Of a stretch of DNA of 64,000 nucleotides, positions 27,621-42,600 are shown piece by piece; the first letter of the stretch is position 1, and each line of letters starts with the position of its first letter. The notes under the pieces are model-generated. The model did not search any database. It saw nothing but the letters and a program-made list of their open reading frames with translations, and had not been told where the DNA came from. The translations under genes and the position numbers were made by a program. This stretch comes from Blastocystis sp. Blastoise (Eukaryota > Protista > Bigyra: Opalinata): positions 1 to 64,000 of the forward strand of contig JBBPEB010000025.1 in assembly GCA_039096225.1 (NCBI GenBank), in the 5' to 3' direction.

Positions 27621-29499
27621 TATTCTTAAAAAATATCAAACATTTTAAATTGATTCTGTTTCTATATTTAAATAACATTAAAAAAATATATACATGAATA
27701 CAAATATCATTATAAATAATAATACGAATGAAATATTATTATATTATATACAATTATTTCATTAACACTGTATATAAGAACAAAAGCATCATGTAAAATT
27801 CTATAAAAAAAATTTATGAATTAATTAAATAAATGTAGATAAATAAATAATAAATAAAAGATAACCAAAATTATTAAATGTAAGAATATGATATAAAATG
27901 AAAATAAGCTAATCAATAAAACATACCATAGTACTTTCAATAAATGCCAAGTAATTGTTTTTTTCATATCAAATATCCAATCAAGGTATCATCAAAATAA
28001 ATCAAATAGACACTATTTCACGACGTCGCTCAACTTCTTTAATGTGTAATAATGTAATACAAGAATAAATGGTTGATACTAATTAAGAAATTCATTAATT
28101 ATTTAGACAGCTATATTATTACAGTAATGTAGTATAAGCAAATAGAAAAATTAATACTGAAATGTAAATTTTCTATGTATTATACATGAAAAAGTAAAAT
28201 AAAATATGTGTATTTCAAAAATATATTATTCATTGATGTATCCAGTTAAATTGAATCTTCACAACAATTGCTGCTTTCTTGTATGATCATTTGCTTAAAG
28301 ATATTGTCTTAAAAACAAAACACACTTGTGTTTTGTTATGTGTTTTGTAGTGTTTTTGCAATATTTATACTGATATGAAATCGTCGTCATCGATTCAGAG
28401 TTAAACCTTACTGTTGTTAACAATACTAGAAACACTCTACCAAATAGAATCAGATCAAACTATACCATATTTGGCTTATGTTTACATTAATATGTATTCA
28501 CTACAAACAAATCTATTGCGGATATAAATTTATAAACTTGAAAATTTCATCTTTTCAATCATTATATTAAATTAACAAATGTAGTATTGTTCTTTTTGAT
28601 TTATTATTTATCTCCAACATTTTCAGATGCTACAGAGTATTTTATCAATAACAAAATATGTTTTTGTTATTCATGAAAAAACATAATGTCTAAATTTTTT
28701 TCATGTGTTTCACAAACTTGTGTTTTTTAAAATCTACTTTTGGATTGGAGAATATATCATAGTGCATTGATTATATATATATATAGAAAACTATTCATAT
28801 TATATTGTTTTCAAGAATGAAACAAATAAGAAAGGTTTAGATTATTCTTAAGCTCAAACGACTATTTTTAGCAATCTTTTCATTGTATTTCCTATGAGTT
28901 TATTATCTATTTCGTTTTATAATATTAGGATGGACAAAAGACATAAGATATAATCATTTAAAATACTTAAATTTATTTACAAATAAACAATACAAGAAGT
29001 ACTATAATGGAATAGAAATTCTATTAACTCATATCGTTTAATATCTACTGTAAATATATATACAATTCTTAGAACTGTAACAATATCAATATGTAAATAA
29101 TCAGTAAACATTTTACAGATATTATGTTCTTATTGAATAATTAGAAATAATAAATATATTTTTATACAAACTGTATATAAATGAAAATCTATAGATACTA
29201 TTATTATATTATTAATGAGATAATTGATAGAGACAATAAGAACTTTGCATTTATATTTTATATGATTTATACATAATGAACAATCATATTGACTTTCTTT
29301 ACAACTTGAATAGACTAAAGGAGAAAAATGCTAACTTTGTCTAATTCTTTTACAACTAGAAAAAGTCGATCGTTGCATTTCTTTAATTCAAAGAAATCTA
29401 ATTTTTTTCAATAAGACAGAAATAAATTTATTTGAAATATTTCCTTTTTTATAGCATATAGTAAAGATATAATTTTTTACTAAAATGAATTAAAATGAA

Positions 29500-31700
29500 C
29501 CATCAACAAAAAGTAAACATATATATATTAGTTAACATATCATATAGTAGCAAAAGATTTATTAATAACTCATAAATATATGTATTACTACCTTTTTTGT
29601 ACCATTATTTGTTGAATGTATATGTAGATAAGATACAAATGACAATAATACTGAATAATAGCACAAAAATATAATTTAAAAGGAAAAGAAGGAGAAATTA
29701 AATTGAATTTATTTTAATGTTTTATCTCTACTCTGTTATACATAATTAAATAATAAAAACCGGAATGTAAGAATATATAAGACTAGTAATATATATGTTG
29801 AAGAAAGCATCGATTCTGTTTAAATAATAGCATGATTATTGTAGCATCAATAAGTATATTAATCAGTAATCTTAACAAAAAAAGCAGAAGTAAGAAAAGA
29901 ACAAGTAACTATTTAAGTATTATAAGCAAAACTAATAAATAAACTAAAATATGTAGATGTTGAACAATACAAATGCAAAGCGAAGAATTAGTAGTAGTAA
30001 ATGATGATGACACATAAATAATAGTAGTTATCTAATTAGAAAAATATTAAAAATGTTTCAAGTATAACATACTCTGAGGATAAGAAGAGATTCAGAAGAT
30101 TCAAATTTAATTAATATAATACAAGTATGATGAGAAGTAGTGTGGTAATTCTATATATAGCATTACTGTTATGAATTTTAATGGTGGAGCATCAATAGAA
30201 TAATAATAATTTATGAAATAGGAATAAAAATGTAAACAAAAAGGAGAAGTATAACAAGAGTAATATTAGTTATGTAAAAATTTGCTTTAATAACCCAATT
30301 ATAATATAATATTAAAACATAAAAATGAAGTATTAGTATTTGCTATAGAAGATATTGTTTATTTAGGTAACAAAAATATTTCAAATAATTGTTTTTATAT
30401 TAATAAAAGTTGAAATAGTTAATCTTTTCTACGTTATATATGCATATGTAAACGAATATACACAATTATATATTAATTAAGGCAATAGAGATAACTATAT
30501 GAATGTTTATTGTTTAATATAAATAGTAAGAGAATGAGTAATAGAAAGATATAATTAAACATCTAAATATTATATCATTAATGTTATTAGAAGGATTTTT
30601 TGGAATAAAATCAGGTAAATATTATTACTAATAACATAATTAATAATGGTTAAGAAGTAATATTATTTTATAGCCAATAAATATCATGTAGCAATAGTAT
30701 AAATATAATTTGTAGATAGAACAAAAATATTATTAGATTAATGTAATTTATCGAAAACATTGAGAAGAATATAAAGGAATAGTAGGAATACGATTAACAA
30801 AAGATATTCAAATGGATAGAAAAAGTACTATTACTAGTAATAGTATTCATTTATAAACAATATTTCGACAGTAATAGAAGTGTCAGTAGTAAAAGCAACA
30901 CAAGAATGTTACCTGATCATAATTAGTACAAATATATAGAGCTATAACATGTATTATTTTATGTAGGCGGACTAATATAACAATTACGTGTAGTACTAGG
31001 AATAGTTCAATAAAATCATCCTAGAATGCCAAATGAAGTAAAATATATGAGTGGTTAGCCATTTTAGAAATAACTTTAATCGTTATGTTGGAAATAATCA
31101 GATATATATGTCAATCATTGTATAAGTGGAATTATCCAAATATTTATTACAGTATTATGGTTGAAGTAATAACATAAAACAAATAATACAAATCGAGGAT
31201 ATGAATTTATATCTAGGGGTTTTTGGATTTACATGGCTTTTATAATATAAAGAATAAAAAGAGAATTAGTAAAAGTATCACACGAGAGAAACTAGTTGTA
31301 GTAAGAGTAAAAGCATATGCATTCAAAGAAAATACAAATGATCCAATTATTAAGGCACATCAAATTAATAATAGATATAGAAGATTATTATGATTAGTAT
31401 AAACACAAAAAATTATTATCCATTAGAGAAGGAAGTACTCAATAATAAATAAATTGTTTAAAGAATAGTTGAAGCAATAATATGGCAGTTATAGAAGTAG
31501 AAGAAGTATAAATAAACAAATCTAATCTTATAAAAAAATATATGTATATATATAAATATATCATAATAGAATAATAATAGGAATATTGGCTATTTAAATA
31601 GTAGCAAAGATAGAATAATAGATTGAAGACTGGTAGTTTACTGTTATCAAAATTCAGTAATACGATATATTGTACAAATATAGAAGATATAAAATAGGTA
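29500..31700 (-). pseudogene. Cargo: decayed S/T/I-rich coding-like sequence resembling the giant surface-protein family
   Basis: AGT/AGA/AAT periodicity on + like the giant gene region, with many stops. Not aligned computationally. Confidence 0.35.
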
Positions 31701-31979
31701 CAAATCCATAATTAAGTAGACATTTTCATGAGAACCAACAAATGTAAGAAAACAATAAACCAATATAAGCAGTATATAATATTACAAATAAATAAATCAG
31801 TAGAATCAATACAACTAATAAAAGGACTTTCATAATAAACAATAATAGCTAATACTAATAACTGAAGATAAAACTTACTATATATAAAATTGTATATAAA
31901 TGCATACATATGTATATATGTATATATGTGTCAAAATATAAATATATGTTTATATATATGTTTATATACATTTCATAAT

Positions 31980-33000
31980 TATTACTTTCTTCGTTGAATT
32001 AAACTCTACAAAATGTTCATCATCCTTTATTCACAATTTTGAAATAATTACCATGGTTTATTTACAAATAAATGTTCATAGCCACTATATGCAACCTCAT
32101 CTATATAAAAAGAAAATAGTTATATTATTAATACATATGTATTTACATAATTAGTGTGTACCTAGAACAATGTATTATACATATATTTGCTCAATCATAA
32201 TAAGTACTATGATTCACATAAAAATGTCTGAAACAGACTCATGAATAGAATCAGATAAAATAAGGAACGATTGAACAAAACCTAGTTAATAATATAATAG
32301 ACAATATGTATATATATAAGATACTTTCATAACACATATTACGATCATAATTCCTAATCTGTTTATTTCCATAAAATAATACACTAGTTCCACATATTGA
32401 ATAATTTGAAAATTCTTTCATTCATTGATACAATGTAAAAACCAAAATTGTATAGATCATAGAGATTGTTCAAGATCATTGAAACACTTTATATACAGCA
32501 AAAGTAGATAAATTCATAAATAATAAGATGATAAAATAATAAAATCAAAAGAAATGTGTTAATGTCAACCAAAACTTTAACCTAATATAACATAAAACAG
32601 TCAACAATGTTAGTATTTAATAAATAAAATAAGAGTATAACTGAAATACAACAAAGAAGAAAAAATAATTTATAATTATATACGGAATGTGAATAACAAT
32701 AATAACTTCCTATATCGTTAACATCTGAATTGTTGACCAACCAAGAAAAAGTAAAGAAACTTTTGAAATATTGATATCTTAATTCATTGACTTAGTGAGT
32801 ATTCATAATTACAAAGAGACCAACAATCAAGACTACGAAGAATGAATTCTAAACTATAGTAGAACACATTTCTGTATATAAAAGACAAATCAAAAGAAAA
32901 ATCAAAATCAGCTTTCTTTTTTAAATTTTTTGACTCAATTCTTGTTTTCTTTGCCATCTATTTATTATTTGAAATATGCACATATTTAGTAATGTGTGTT
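31980..33000 (-). pseudogene. Cargo: decayed intron-containing gene fragment, unidentified
   Basis: Exon/intron-like alternation on the minus strand with no intact ORF. Confidence 0.3.
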
Positions 33001-33559
33001 GTATTGAATGTAACCGATTTATTTTTGGTTACTATATTTGTTGAGAAGAGTTGATTCAATTCATTCCATTTTTTTTAAAGTAACACAATGATCATATTGC
33101 ATGCTTCTTACATATTCTGTGTACTTTCCGCACTCATAGAAAGCTATCATTCTTCAAATGATTATCAACACTTCTACATGAATTTCAGAAACAACTAGTC
33201 TATGCAAATATTTCTTGTCATACTTATGGATATGACTGTAAGAGCTAATATGTATCATAAAAAGTCTTATTGAATTATTATTAGAATAATCATGTCACAA
33301 TGTGCTGAATGTATTTTCTTTATGTATTGTTGTGATTGCAAATAATGTTTCTTTATCATTCAGAGTCACACTGTAATGAATTATAGATATTTAATTATTT
33401 TAATAAGTAATTGTAATAATTAAAGAATTCTTTTTTCCTTATATGTATTATTTTTACTTGTTTCATAATTTTTATAAACGACATAAACAGTATATAGAAT
33501 ACAAAGAATAATAATTATTAATTAATTAACCTATTTAAAAAACAAAATAGCACCATACT

Positions 33560-34230
33560 AGAGTGTCATTATGGGAATTTTTTTTAAAGAAATCCTAATT
33601 AATTTATTAAAATTTATTTATCTCTTTTTATCATTTTATTTTATTTTATTTTAATTTTTTATGTTCAGATAAACTAGATATATCATATGTGACTCATTTA
33701 TATGATAATTCTTATTTTACAAGTCACCTAACACATTTACTGATTTTGAGGTAAATATTATTATATAAACTCATTGAGTTGCTAATCAGACTTGAAATGA
33801 TAGCGTAAACAATAGTATAATTGTATAAATATTCAAAAATTAATATTTAAAAAGTTGACTGAATTACGACTCCTGTCTATTTGTTTTCAATAATAGAAAT
33901 AACTGTCACATTACAGATAGTTGTCTATACATAAGTATATAATTAACAAACAACAACTCTTACTTGCCTAATTGACTGATTATAAAAAGCCTTTAAAAGT
34001 GACTTATTTTTGCCTTTCTATGCCTCAGACACCACATTAAGTCATTATTATGTGTTTATTGTCTAAAAGGACTCTAAATGAAAATTCATTAATTAAACTT
34101 TTATCAAAAATTTCTCTAAGTCAGTGAAAAAGAGTCAACCTTTTGCATTTTTTGAATTTAAAAAAAATATTAGGTTATCCCCATGGGAAATACACCTTTT
34201 TGACTGAAAAAAAAATACCAAATTTCTTCG
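33560..34230. promoter_or_regulatory. TGAC/GTCA-rich subterminal region of the outer element
   Basis: Dense gtgactca, aagtca, ttgact and gagtca motifs. Shares a TTA(T)CCCATGG-like segment (about 34175-34190) with the reverse complement of about 7215-7230. Confidence 0.55.
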
Positions 34231-34242
34231 TGCCTACTAGTG

Positions 34243-34335
34243 AATCAAATCACCAATCAGTCTTTCAAAATGAATTACATCCTTCTGAACATCACCAATC
34301 TTATTACCATCAAATTCTACCTTCTCTTTCACCAT
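34243..34335 (-). pseudogene. 5' end (31 codons) of the disrupted TLDc gene
   Basis: ATG 34335: MVKEKVEFDGNKIGDVQKDVIHFERLIGDLI joins in frame through the TSD to GILSKSISFCIHSGES at 5387. Confidence 0.85.
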
Positions 34336-36659
34336 TCTTAATAATAAAAAGAATAAAAGAAATATGAAAATTTTTTTTTAATTAAAATTGTGGAAAAAAG
34401 TTTTCGTGTGAATAAACGAAACATAAAGTTAATTGAAACAATTATTCATGATTATTTTTGTCGAACAATTTTCGGAGATTTTTCTCTATTATTTATATAC
34501 TTTTCCGAAATAATGCATTATTTCTTTTTCAAGCCCAATTTTTACTTTTTATTTCAAATAGAATTTCAATATATGTTATTGCCAACGTTGTGAATTTGTT
34601 TTAATTAATAATACCACTAATCAGTCATAATTGTATATATCAAATTATCAAAGTGAAGTATATACAGGTTTATACTATTATAATAATATATGTCATTAGT
34701 TTTATCATCAAATGAATACACATTTGTTAAAAAAAGTATACTTTTTAAGCTCAAATGAAAACAAATCAACAGTTTCAGTTCTTTAAATATGCATCTAGAT
34801 TTCTGAAGAAGTTGATTTATATATCGTTATTTACAAAATAATTACCGACAGAGCTTAATTCGTTTATTCTAAAGTTACACTTGCCTTAAAGACATCTAAT
34901 TTCTATCAATTAGCGTTATTTATCTATTATTATGTACTTTAAAGTCACAATTATTAATTTATATTATTTAAAAATAGTTTTTCTAAGTATATGAGATAAA
35001 ACATGTCTTTAACGAGAATAACTAATATGAAAAAAACTTATATATAATATCAAATAGAATTAAATCAATACTATTTTCCTTGACTAGAACATATTTTTTA
35101 TTTGCTATTAATAATTCTTATTTTACATATACGTTTATCTCTAGATTTTTATGTAATATTCATAAGTATATAAAACAAAATTAATATCTATAAATATATC
35201 AAAGTATTAGTATTATTATAGAATATGTACTCAAAAAGACAACTAATATAATGTATGTCTCTTATTTACCAAAATATAAGCTAATATTCAATTCTTTAGA
35301 TTAAGAACTTTATATAATAAATACTTTTAAACTATAGTTAATTATTATATAAAATATTTATATTATTATTCTTTTATTATTATATATTTCAATGTAATAT
35401 TTACTAATTCTCTCATTATTTTTATAAAAATATACATATACTATTTTATACTTATCAATAAGACTAGCCTATTTTATGATATCAAATATATGTATACTTT
35501 CTGTACAAGTAAACAAGACTATAAAATAAATTAATTACAACTTTAATCTACATAATTTACACGTTTCTAAACGTTACAAGATTTATGGTGAGGATATATG
35601 GAGTATTTAGAGTCCTATTTACTACAGCTGAATATATAGTTGACTAATTCTTTCTGTGAAAAACTAAATAAAGAAAAATTACAAAACTCTGTGATGTTTG
35701 TATAACTACAAAGAAATCTTTTGGAAACCTCTGTAATAAAACTATAATAAATAGTTAATATATACAAAAGAATGATATCTGAGAAAAAGAAACAAAAAAT
35801 ATAATAGTACTCTTCTTTCTTTAACAGAAAATATCAATCTCTTTCCACATCACTAGGAATTGTACAGTGATCTGTATCATCAAAAATTGATGAAAATGTT
35901 TTTTTGTCTTGACATTTCAATATAACTTTTTTAACAAATAAAGTATCTTTATATATGATAGTCAATTATTGTCAAGAAAAATATGATAAATGAAAGGAAG
36001 ATTTTGAGTGAGATAAAGATTTATTGACAGAATAATGTGACTACTATCATAGAAACTATCACAAAAAGTCTTTTTATATGTTCGAAATCTAGTTTTGAAT
36101 TACTATTTGTAAAAATTCATTATATACTGATCATTTTTGCTAACATGCTGTTTTAAACAAAACATTAATATGAACGAGAACGATAAAATAATTTTTAGAA
36201 AATAATGAAAATATATATAATTATATTTAAAACATATTGAATTTAAAATAAGAAGAATGAATTTATATTTACATATTAAGATTAATATATATATAGAATT
36301 AAAAAGACTAAGTATTCTACATTTACAAATATTTGAATATATAAAAAGGATATTATATGAAAGATAAGAAGAGTTTTATTTTTAGTTTTATGAGAGAGAA
36401 AGTATGGAGATATAGGATATGAGATGATTAAAAAATAATAAAATAAATAAAATCATTTTTTTTATATACAGGCATTATATACAATAAGCGTTAGACACTA
36501 ATAAGAAAACTATAAATATGAATTATATTAAAAAGAAAAAATACATATAGACAAGTCGATATGAAATAGAAAAAAAAATTTAAAAGGAAATAATCTATGA
36601 TATGTAATAAATTTTAAAGTATAATATATAAATATATATATAATATCAAATATTAAAAA

Positions 36660-39600
36660 TTAAAGTGAACGAAGTCTTCGTTTATTAGCATTAACAATAT
36701 GAATAGAATTAGGTTCAAGAGTAATAGTAGTATCACTATAGATCATTCCTTTGTTTTTAATAAAGAATGATTTGAGTGGATCTTCTAAAGATGATAATAT
36801 ATCAACAGTAGTATCAGTATAAGAAGTAGGAACAGAAGCACGAATAGTAAAAGAAGTCCTAACATCTAAATTATCATTATTATATTCATGGAAATTATAA
36901 ACATCCATAGAATAATAGAGTTGTTTTGTAGTTTGAAGAATATATCTCTTAAGAAGAATCTTGATTTCACAAGTAAATTCTTGCATAAATATATCAGAAG
37001 CAGAATAAGTAATATCAATATAGGTAAGATCACTTCCAAAAGGAGGATTAATAGGTTTACATTGATATTGACGTCTAGTATTATAAGAATCATAATGACG
37101 TTGTAAACATCTTTCACTTATTATACCTGTATAACCAGAAGGACATGATTCATAATGATATTCAGTAAGAGACACACTTGATAAATCATCATATTCACAT
37201 ATATCATTAAGAGACTTAGAGTCAATAATACTAGGAACAGAAATATAAATATAATTATGGAAAAGATAAGGATTAGTAGAATGTAAATTATCAATAATAG
37301 AATTAACAGAAACAGGAATATATTTTTCTAATGTTGTTAAACTAATATAATTTGATTCAAAACGGAAATGAAGTGTAACAGTAAATATACCCTATAGATA
37401 TATATTATAGATTTATTATTAAATTAGTGATTTATTATTATACTATAAAAAAATATAAATAAATAAAAAATAATACATACATTTTCAAAAGTATAACTAT
37501 AAGCATAATCACGAATAGATCCTAATTTATAAGCAAAAGAACGAATTACACTTTGAGAAATAAGGAATTCAGCATCACTATCATAATCATATATAGCAAG
37601 ATTATTAAATATATAATTAACATCAATAAGTGAATGACCAGCTTGAATATTCTTATCAACTATAAAAATAATATATTAATATTATAAAGTAAATAAAATA
37701 AATAATAATAATAAATAATAATAAAATAAATAATAAAAAATATACCTAATCCAGAATAATCAGTTTGTTCAAATTGTGGACCATTAATAGTAGAAATACA
37801 ATTCTTAGTAATATAACCTATATTAATATCATTATTAATATATAAAGAAGCTCTATATCCAACAAGTGTTTCAGGCCATATTCCATCTTCATCTATTATA
37901 CTAGAACAACTAGTCTTCTTTATACATTCAGATTCATATACATATTCATCAGATTTACATTCTGTACACATTGTATTACCATTTAATAATTTATTTGTAT
38001 AACCATTTATACATAATTGACATATCTTAGATCCAGATGTAGACCAATATTGACCATAACAACCTGTCATAGTTTCTATAGATCCATCAGGACATATCAT
38101 ACCAGAAGGACAAGTATCACATACTTTTGTTCCATCATCAGGATTTATATATACAGGATATTGACCAGAATTACATTCAGTACAATTATTTTCTATTGTT
38201 TCATCCCATTCACCAGTTATAGAACAGGATAACCATATACCACCTTCATAACAATGCATTCCTGATTTATGACCAGCTGCTGTTTCTGGTATACTAAATT
38301 CTAATTCATGATAATTCACTATCTTTGAAGGACAATATATTTGTTTACATGTATTTATTATTGGAGACCATAAATTATCAGATAAACAATTACGAATTAT
38401 ACTACCAGAATAACCATCTTCACATTTTAAGGATACTGATCCACCTACACTTGTATCAGGGAATATATAACCATTCTCTTCTATAGAATTACAATAAGCA
38501 GAACTACTTACTATTGATATTATTACATCTATACTACCACCTTCATTTCTTAAAGTAATTGTATAAGATGATAAAGGAATAATAACAGTAGGAGTACCAC
38601 TTATCATACCTGTATGAATATCAAAAATAAGATTCGAAGGTAAAGAAGGAGTTATAGAAAATTGAACATTTAATCCTTTATAAGTAGGAATAAGTGGAGT
38701 CATAGGTGTATTAATAGGAATAGAAATTTGATTTTGAGGATAAGAAACATCATAAGGAGCACGTAATTCACATGAATCTTCTATAATAGATCCCCATGTA
38801 GCAGGATATACATTATTACATATACGATGAGAATTACCTATATAATACATAGGATCATTACAATTTATAATACTTTCTTCTCCAGCAATAGTTTTAGGCC
38901 ACATACCATCACTTTCACAATATAATTCATTTATAGTTATGGATATAGTAAATGAATCATTATAAGGTTCAGATAAAGATATAGTATATATAGTAGTATC
39001 AAGTATAGTAGTAGAAGAACCAGAAATAATAGCAGTATGAGTATCAAATGAAAGTCCATTAGGTAATAAAGGACTAATAGTAAATGATTGAATAGGTTTA
39101 GAACAAGGAATATCATATATAGGCATAGATTCTAATCTACTTATACTAAATATATTTTGAGAAGGAATACAAGATACAGTTGGTATATAACAATGATTTT
39201 CTACAGATTCCCATATACCTTCTGAATTACATTTTCTTATATAAACACCTTCATAAGGAGTAGAACAGGAAATACTCATACTTGTATTAATATCAATAGA
39301 ATTCCATTCTAAATTATAAACAGAATCTATATCAGTCATACATTGCTTTATAGAACATGTATTAATAGTATTAGACCATGTACCATCTAAATTACATTTC
39401 TTTGTTATACTACCTTCTAATCCTTCATCACATGATTTAGTTACTGTTGTATTTGTAGGAGTAATATCCCATATAACATCATCTTCAATTATACTATTAC
39501 ATGTATTTCTAGTACATGTATTTATAATTTCACTCCAATAACTATTATCATTATCTATACATTCACGAGATATTATACCATTATATAATTCATTTTCAGG

Positions 39601-42600
39601 ACATAATAATTCTATCTTTGTACCAGCAACACTTTCTTCATATTTACCATCTTCACTAGCATCACATATCTTATTAAGAATTGTTATTGATATTATTACA
39701 TTATTAGATTTATCTTCATTATAAGCAGTAATTGTATATTCAGTAATATCAGAATAAATTAAAGGAATACCACTAATAGAACCATTTTCATTATTAAATA
39801 TTAATCCAGATGGTAATTCAGGACTAATACTATAAGATGATACATAATTTTCTATTATAGGCATTATATTTACATTAGATGTCTTTCTATACCAAATATA
39901 ACTACTTTCATCATAACTAATAGTAGGAATCTTATATTTACATGTATTTTCTTCATCTTCCCATGTAGCAGGATATACATTATTACATACTCTAGTAATA
40001 CTACCTTCTTTAAAAGAATCACATTCATGTGTAGATGTTGTACCACCAATAGCAAAATTCCATTCACCATCAACATTACAATATAATTCATTTATTACTA
40101 TATTCATTTCATAACCACCAATTAATGGACTATTTACACTTATTATAAATTTATTTGATGGTATTAATGTTGTTGTAGGAATACCAGATATTATACCAGT
40201 TTCACTATTAAATATTAATCCAGATGGTAATTCTGAATTAATAGAATAAGATTCTATTATTTCACTATTACAACTAATACTATATTCAGGAACAGGTTGT
40301 AATCTAACTATATTTATTTCTGTTATACTTGGTATACAAACAACATTAGTAGATGTACAATGATCAATTGGTTCAGACCATGTCTTATCTAAATTACAGA
40401 ATCTTTCATAAGTACCAATAAATCCATCACCACATGAAATTGAAATTGATGTATTAGTAGGAATTGATTCATAAGTCTTACCATCATAAATATTTTCAGG
40501 ACATTTCATTCTTATACAACTATCAGTTTCTGTACTCCAATAACTATTATCATTATCTATACATTCACGAGTAATACTACCTTCATATAATTCATTATTT
40601 TCACATGGAATACTAAATGAATTACCACTACTAGTTTCTTCATAACCATCTTCTGTAGCATCACATATCTTATTAAGAATTGTTATTGATATTATTGTAC
40701 TATTAGATTTATCTTCATTATAAGCAGTAATTGTATAATTATTTAATGATTTATATATTAAAGGAATACCACTTATAATACCATTCTCATTATTAAATAT
40801 TAATCCAGATGGTAATGTAGGATTTATAACCCATTCTGTTACTATATTCTCTATATTTGGTATTATATTTACATTTGATGTCTTTCTATACCAAATATAA
40901 TTTATTTCATTATAACTAATTATAGGAGATTTATAAACACATGTATTAATTATTGATTCAGACCAACTAGCAGGATATTCATTATTACATAATCTTGTTA
41001 TACTACCTTCTTTAAAAGAATCACATTCATGTGTAGCAATTGTACCAGCAACAGTTTCAGACCATTCACCATCAACATTACAATATAATTCATTTATAGT
41101 TATTGATAAAGATATACTACCAATATAACCAACAGGTTGAATAGTATATATTTGTTTAGACATTATAGAACTATAATATCCAGATATAATACCAGTTTCA
41201 GAATTAAATGATAATGTTTCAATATCAGAAATAATAGGATTAATAGTAAATGTAGTAATAGGTTTATTACAAGTAATAGTATAAGTAGGAATAGGTTGTA
41301 ATCTTACAATAGTAATTTCTGATATATCTATAGTACAATCAATAGAAGGTAATCCACAAGTATTAATAGTATTAGACCATGTACCATCTAAATTACATTT
41401 CTTTGTTATACTACCTTCTAATCCTTCATCACATGATTTAGTTACTGTTGTATTTGTAGGAGTAATATCCCATATAACATCATCTTCAATTATACTATTA
41501 CATGTATTTCTAGTACATGTATTTATAATTTCACTCCAATAACTATTATCATTATCTATACATTCACGAGATATTATACCATTATATAATTCATTTTCAG
41601 GACATAATAATTCTATCTTTGTACCAGCAACACTTTCTTCATATTTACCATCTTCACTAGCATCACATATCTTATTAAGAATTGTTATTGATATTATTAC
41701 ATTATTAGATTTATCTTCATTATAAGCAGTAATTGTATATTCAGTAATATCAGAATAAATTAAAGGAATACCACTAATAGAACCATTTTCATTATTAAAT
41801 ATTAATCCAGATGGTAATTCAGGACTAATACTATAAGATGATACATAATTTTCTATTATAGGCATTATATTTACATTAGATGTCTTTCTATACCAAATAT
41901 AACTACTTTCATCATAACTAATAGTAGGAATCTTATATTTACATGTATTTTCTTCATCTTCCCATGTAGCAGGATATACATTATTACATACTCTAGTAAT
42001 ACTACCTTCTTTAAAAGAATCACATTCATGTGTAGATGTTGTACCACCAATAGCAAAATTCCATTCACCATCAACATTACAATATAATTCATTTATTACT
42101 ATATTCATTTCATAACCACCAATTAATGGACTATTTACACTTATTATAAATTTATTTGATGGTATTAATGTTGTTGTAGGAATACCAGATATTATACCAG
42201 TTTCACTATTAAATATTAATCCAGATGGTAATTCTGAATTAATAGAATAAGATTCTATTATTTCACTATTACAACTAATACTATATTCAGGAACAGGTTG
42301 TAATCTAACTATATTTATTTCTGTTATACTTGGTATACAAACAACATTAGTAGATGTACAATGATCAATTGGTTCAGACCATGTCTTATCTAAATTACAG
42401 AATCTTTCATAAGTACCAATAAATCCATCACCACATGAAATTGAAATTGATGTATTAGTAGGAATTGATTCATAAGTCTTACCATCATAAATATTTTCAG
42501 GACATTTCATTCTTATACAACTATCAGTTTCTGTACTCCAATAACTATTATCATTATCTATACATTCACGAGTAATACTACCTTCATATAATTCATTATT

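Larger units (their letters stand above)
5391..34242 (+). mobile_element. Outer CACTA (CMC/EnSpm) DNA transposon, 28.85 kb including the nested element (about 14.7 kb alone)
   Basis: Perfect 12-bp TIRs CACTAGTAGGCA (5391-5402) and TGCCTACTAGTG (34231-34242). 3-bp TSD AAT at 5388-5390 and 34243-34245. Encodes a CMC-type transposase. Removal restores the TLDc ORF in frame. Confidence 0.93.

Noticed and set aside
37660-37745. C-terminal transmembrane helix of the 7594-aa ORF
   Set aside because: It is a translated GT-AG intron. Splicing continues the frame into two more exons.
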